Shown: positions 60,001 through 64,000 of the stretch, one piece after another
Layout of the letters: the number at the start of each line of letters is the position of its first letter
Numbering within the stretch: the first letter of the stretch is position 1
Source: Vitrella brassicaformis CCMP3155
Lineage: Eukaryota > Protista > Chromerida
Assembly (NCBI GenBank): GCA_001179505.1
Contig: CDMY01000511.1
Location: 1 to 64,000, forward strand
Direction: 5' to 3'
DNA length: 64,000 bases
Made by a program: the position numbers and the translations under genes
The notes under the pieces: generated by a model
Told to the model about the DNA's origin: nothing
The model's input: the letters and a program-made list of their open reading frames with translations, nothing else
The model's database searches: none

Positions 60001-60860
60001 CACAGCCAAGGCGCTCGCCACCGACTTCACCGGCCGCGTGAATGCTGCTAGCCCCATGAGTGTGATCGATCCCCCCTATACGCCTCGACCGCTCAAGGCG
60101 CCACTCATGTCCGTCATGCAGCAGCGCGGCCTGGCGATGGAGCCCATGCTGCGGCTGCATGGCGGCAGGCCGTGTCTCACCAGCCCCTCGGTGATCGCCT
60201 CTGCCGCTCAGCTGATAGCCGTAGTGCAGAAGACGGGCAAGCGCATCACAGGCCTCCAGCTGCTCTACAAGTAAGGAGCATTGGACAAATGTTCAGCCAC
60301 CTGGCCCATGTGCTGTGTCTTGTTCTCCTCTCTTGGCATTGTTGCAGGGCCACTCAGCACGGGCATGAGTACACCGGCATGCTCGGTCGCGTGGGCGATG
60401 CGACTGGCCTGCTGTTCCTCGTCCGCGCCAATGGAGACATGGACGGCTGCTTCATTGACGAGAGTATCCAGCCGCCTTCGCCCATGGAGATACACAACGG
60501 CCCACGAATTTTTCATGACTATAACGCGGCCGTCCTCGTCTTCAAGGCATCCGGCGCCTCCCCGCCCGCCTTCCAGTCGCCCTCGTTGATCAATCACTGC
60601 ATCTCGGTCTCGCGAGCAGACAACGAGCAACGGCTGCCGCAAGCCAAGCTGAGGGTGGGCCGGTGCATCGGACGTCGACCCGTGTGGCTACTAGGGCTCT
60701 GGGCGCCCTGCCTTTGGGTTGGGCGCGGGGCCCGGTGGACGGGGGGGGGGCGCGACGATGGTGCAGCTGCATCCCAACATCCCACCGGTTCCGGGACACA
60801 ACCTTGATGTGTTCTTTGCTGATGAGATTGAGGTGTTCACAGTGGGCGGGGGCGGGGATA
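57100..60860 (+). pseudogene. large lineage-specific protein with C-terminal TLDc domain; frameshifts near 58680, 59145 and 60740
   Basis: Long coding-like frames 57404-58237, 58325-, 58786- and 59168-60270; QLLYK GTAAG donor splices to ATQHGHEY..MLGRVGDATGLLFLVR...CLWVG...FFADEIEVFTV (TLDc). Confidence 0.6.
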
Positions 60861-60960
60861 TGTGTGTGTGGCCATCGCAGCAGAGGGAGGTGGTAGAGAG
60901 GCCCCCCCGGGTGTGCAACTATGAGGGTCTGGCTGCCTGGCTGGAGCAGTACCACCCACA

Positions 60961-61400
60961 ACTCTGTTGAATGTGAGCTGCTTACCTCAGTAAAAAGTGT
61001 TTGTCGATGTGATGCGGCGATCCAGCCAGGCAGCCAGGCAGCTAACCATGAGCGCGCTGAGGCCATTTTTTCTTTTTTGTTTTCTCGTTCCTGATGGTGG
61101 TTTGAAACTCGACACACACGTTCCGCCACGTCACCTACCACACATCCGTCCCCAGCTAGCTGGATTCGTGTATTGATCCGTCCATGGCATGACCGGCTGG
61201 CTATGTGATGTGCGTCCGCTGCGTCTGCCTGCTGCCGCTCCATCCACTCTCTGTGTGTGTGGATGGATTCGTGAGTCTCATCAATGATACGATCCGATTG
61301 ATGTGTGTCGTGATGGACAGTCATGATAACTCTTGATCAGTTCAAAAGGATCAATCCGTGTGCGACACGCGAAGCGCCGATGGTACCACGTGGACGAAGC
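60961..61400 (+). repeat. shared upstream module, copy 3 (full length)
   Basis: Matches 30198-30590, and 36476 onward. Confidence 0.9.
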
Positions 61401-61560
61401 GGCGAGAAAATGTTGGACGAGACGGGCAACTGAGACGGGGGCGGAAAAGAAAAGTCGCGCAGAACCTTTTGAAGATATCAGCTTTTCGTGAGCCCTTGCC
61501 AGACGGCAAACGATATCGCCCGTTTCCCCCCTTGGTGCACATTTGCTGCCCTCAGTCGTC

Positions 61561-62510
61561 ATGGGCGGCCGCCACAGCACTCCACGGCCACAGCAGCAGG
61601 TGGCCTTGACGTCAGAGGATCTTTATTTGGACGAGTCTGAAGTCGCCGCCGCGTCGCTGAAGGGCCTGGGCTTTGTGGACTGGGGAAAGCCGCAGGAAGG
61701 CCGCGAGGGCCGCCAGGAGGGAGATCGCGCGGGGATGACGAGGGAGATCCCCACCGGCTGCCCCGAGGCTGACGTGGATGGCTGGTGCGTGGTGGGCGAC
61801 GATGATAACATGTAAGCTTGCTTAAGTGGCCCCTGTTACTACTTGCAATGGACACACACATATTGCACTCTGGCGCCTTCATTCATTCAGGCCCGCCACC
61901 GCCACCATCGACGTGCAGCCAGCCGGAGGCATCACCGCTCCCACGCCAGCAGCACCAAGTGTCGAGCCCATCACCTCACCCGAGACCGACACACAGCAGC
62001 CGCCCCACCCTGAGGTCCCCTCGGCTGACGAGCATGCCGCCGCCACAGAGGCGCCGCCAAGCGAAGAGCCGCAGGCCGGCCCATCCCAGCAGCAGAAGGA
62101 GAAGAAAAAAAGTGGTGAAGAAGCCGGAGCGGGTGTGCAATTTTGAGGGCCTGGCCCACCTCGTGGCCAAGTACAAGGATGTGCCTTACTAGCCGCCGGC
62201 ACCGCCCCCCCTGCCGCCCGCCAGCACCTGGAGAGTGCTCCCGGCGTACACCAAACGCAGGGGCAACGAGACGGTCATCACGTTCCACATCGTCCTGACG
62301 CCCGACGACAAGAGGGTGAGGCGTGTGGCCATCAAGACGGCCCTGACCGAGAGGGCGGCAGAGGACCTCAAGAGGGAGCAGGTGTACCGCTGGTACATCA
62401 ACCGGGCCTGCAAGCAGGAGTGGCAGCGCGACGCCATCCAGCAGGCCTACAAGGAGCAGTGGCCAGACCACTACAAGTACCCCCACGAGCGGACCGAGGA
62501 GGAGAACAAG
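61561..62510 (+). pseudogene. unnamed-family gene C2 (paralog of 36774-37696), frameshift in A-run ~62105 and TAG ~62190
   Basis: MGGRHSTPRPQQQVALTSE..., VCNFEGLAHLVAKYKDVPY*, AIKTALTERAAEDLKREQVYRWYINRACKQEW...HYKYPHERTEEENKP. Confidence 0.65.
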
Positions 62511-62892
62511 CCAAGGAGTGATCCGGAGATCGCGCAGGTCAGAAATGGAAGGTCGCACAAGTCGTGTCTCACTCATGACTTTCCGTGCATATGTGTGTGT
62601 ATACTTTGCAGCGGTCCATCCCTGCCTACTTTTTATATTTCGAAGAGCCTTTTTTGCGACTTCGATCCCCGCCCTCATACTTGCGGTGCACAAGATGGCG
62701 GTGCCCGGGGATGTATGGGAGGCCATAGTGGAGCTGGGTCAAGAGCAGAGAGAGGGTCTGCAACTGGCACCAAGTAAGTCATGCAGACAGACAAGGGCAG
62801 CTGAGCGGCAGGACATGTCGAACGAGACACCGATGGATGGATGGCCGCTTCTCGCTCTCTCTCCGTGTGTGTCAGCATTCTCCTGAGCGTCC

Positions 62893-63623
62893 ATGCAGTC
62901 GCATCCATTAGCGCCGAGCCGCCCCTTCATCGATCTGTCGTCGCCCGCCCCTGCCCTCCGGTCCTCCGGATCGTCCCCCCCAGACAGCTCTCCCTCTTCC
63001 CTGCGGACCTTCACTCTGCAAGTGGGCCACATCTATTCTGCGGGCCAGACAGAGGGCAGCTTCGAGCTTCAGGGGAAGGACACATCGACGCCTCCAGAGC
63101 TGCAGTTCATCAGGCGGCTCGTACAAGACCGCAAGAACGACAGACTCACTTCTGGCGTCCAGGACAATCCGCACGCCAAGGAGTTCTTAGAGCGCATCAC
63201 TCAATCCGACGAGGCCTTCCTGGACTTCCTGCAGAACGATCTGAAGTTCAGCGGCTTTGATTGCCGATCGGATCTCTGGACGGGGGCGATCGCTGCGGTC
63301 TCCTTTCTGTCTTCCAACCAAGCGGAAGGTGAGCCGCACAACATGCACTTCTTTCGTATGTCTCCCTGCCGTACGTACGCAGAGTCGACGCCCGACGACA
63401 AGAGGGTGGGGATTATGGCCATCAAGACGGCCTTGACCCCGAGGGCGGCGGAGGACCTCAAGAGGGACAGGTGTACCAGTGGTACATCATCAACCGGGCC
63501 TGCAGGCACAAGTGGCGGATAGACGCCATCCAGAGGGCCTGCAAGGAGGCGCGGCCCAACCACTACAAGTTCCCCCACGAGCGGACCGAGGAGGAGAACA
63601 AGCCGTGTGGGGCGTGGCTGTAG
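62893..63623 (+). pseudogene. unnamed-family gene D2: different N-terminus plus the same C-terminal domain as D1; frameshift near 63465
   Basis: 63315-63623 matches 38395-38707; upstream parts are unrelated. Confidence 0.55.
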
Positions 63624-64000
63624 GGTGGGGTGGTAGAGGGAAGGGTGTGAGGGTGGATGGATGGACGCGGAAGGCGGAGGGTCAGCGCAGGGGAGGAGAG
63701 GGAGGGCCTTCTCATCGCTGCTTACGTTTTATATTCGGTGGTGTTGTGGCAACGCAGACTGTGCAGGGTGAAGCGAGAAAGGTATTGTGTGTGGGCCAGG
63801 AGCTGCCCGTGTGTGTCTGTCACACGTTCGTGCTCCCCGTGACTCGTTTGAGGAGTCCTTGAATTTGCATATGTCTGCCGATGTCGGCTTCACTCGCGTG
63901 TTGATTGTCATGGTGTGGGAAGCTACACAGGGTGTTCACGACATGCTAAGAGTTCTTGCCGTGTGAGGCTGCACGGCAGAACTCTTGGCATGTCCCTCAC

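Noticed and set aside
1-64000. tRNA, rRNA or CRISPR arrays
   Set aside because: None recognisable by eye; tRNAscan-SE or Infernal would be needed to exclude small RNAs.

Overview
Eukaryotic, intron-rich, GC-rich protist DNA. Introns are short GT-AG introns full of (GT)n/(CA)n/(GACA)n/(GATG)n microsatellites. The style and gene content (CDPK, expanded TLDc/BTB families, GPS-polycystin-like receptor) suggest a chromerid alveolate such as Vitrella; this is inference only. From left to right: (1) 3' half of a Ty1/copia LTR retrotransposon (1-4366) with an extra Cys/His module and apparently AGT...ACT LTR termini; (2) a small Cys-rich intron-containing gene; (3) a ~6 kb AT-rich, intronless, decayed Polinton/Maverick-like element (RING gene, 4xCxxC gene, integrase tail, frameshifted protein-primed PolB with an OTU-like N-terminus), with a 5'-truncated CRE-type non-LTR element nested in one of its ORFs; (4) a large polycystin-like GPS receptor gene; (5) a damaged CDF zinc transporter; (6) two unknown genes; (7) a 30-64 kb mosaic in which a BTB-TLDc-TLDc-coiled coil-RING cassette (two inverted copies), an unnamed-domain gene pair (two direct copies) and a shared upstream module (three copies) have been shuffled around an atypical CDPK / secreted His-Tyr-Pro-rich lectin-like head-to-head gene pair and a third TLDc gene. 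Three assembly gaps are present. All exon models were read by eye and are approximate.
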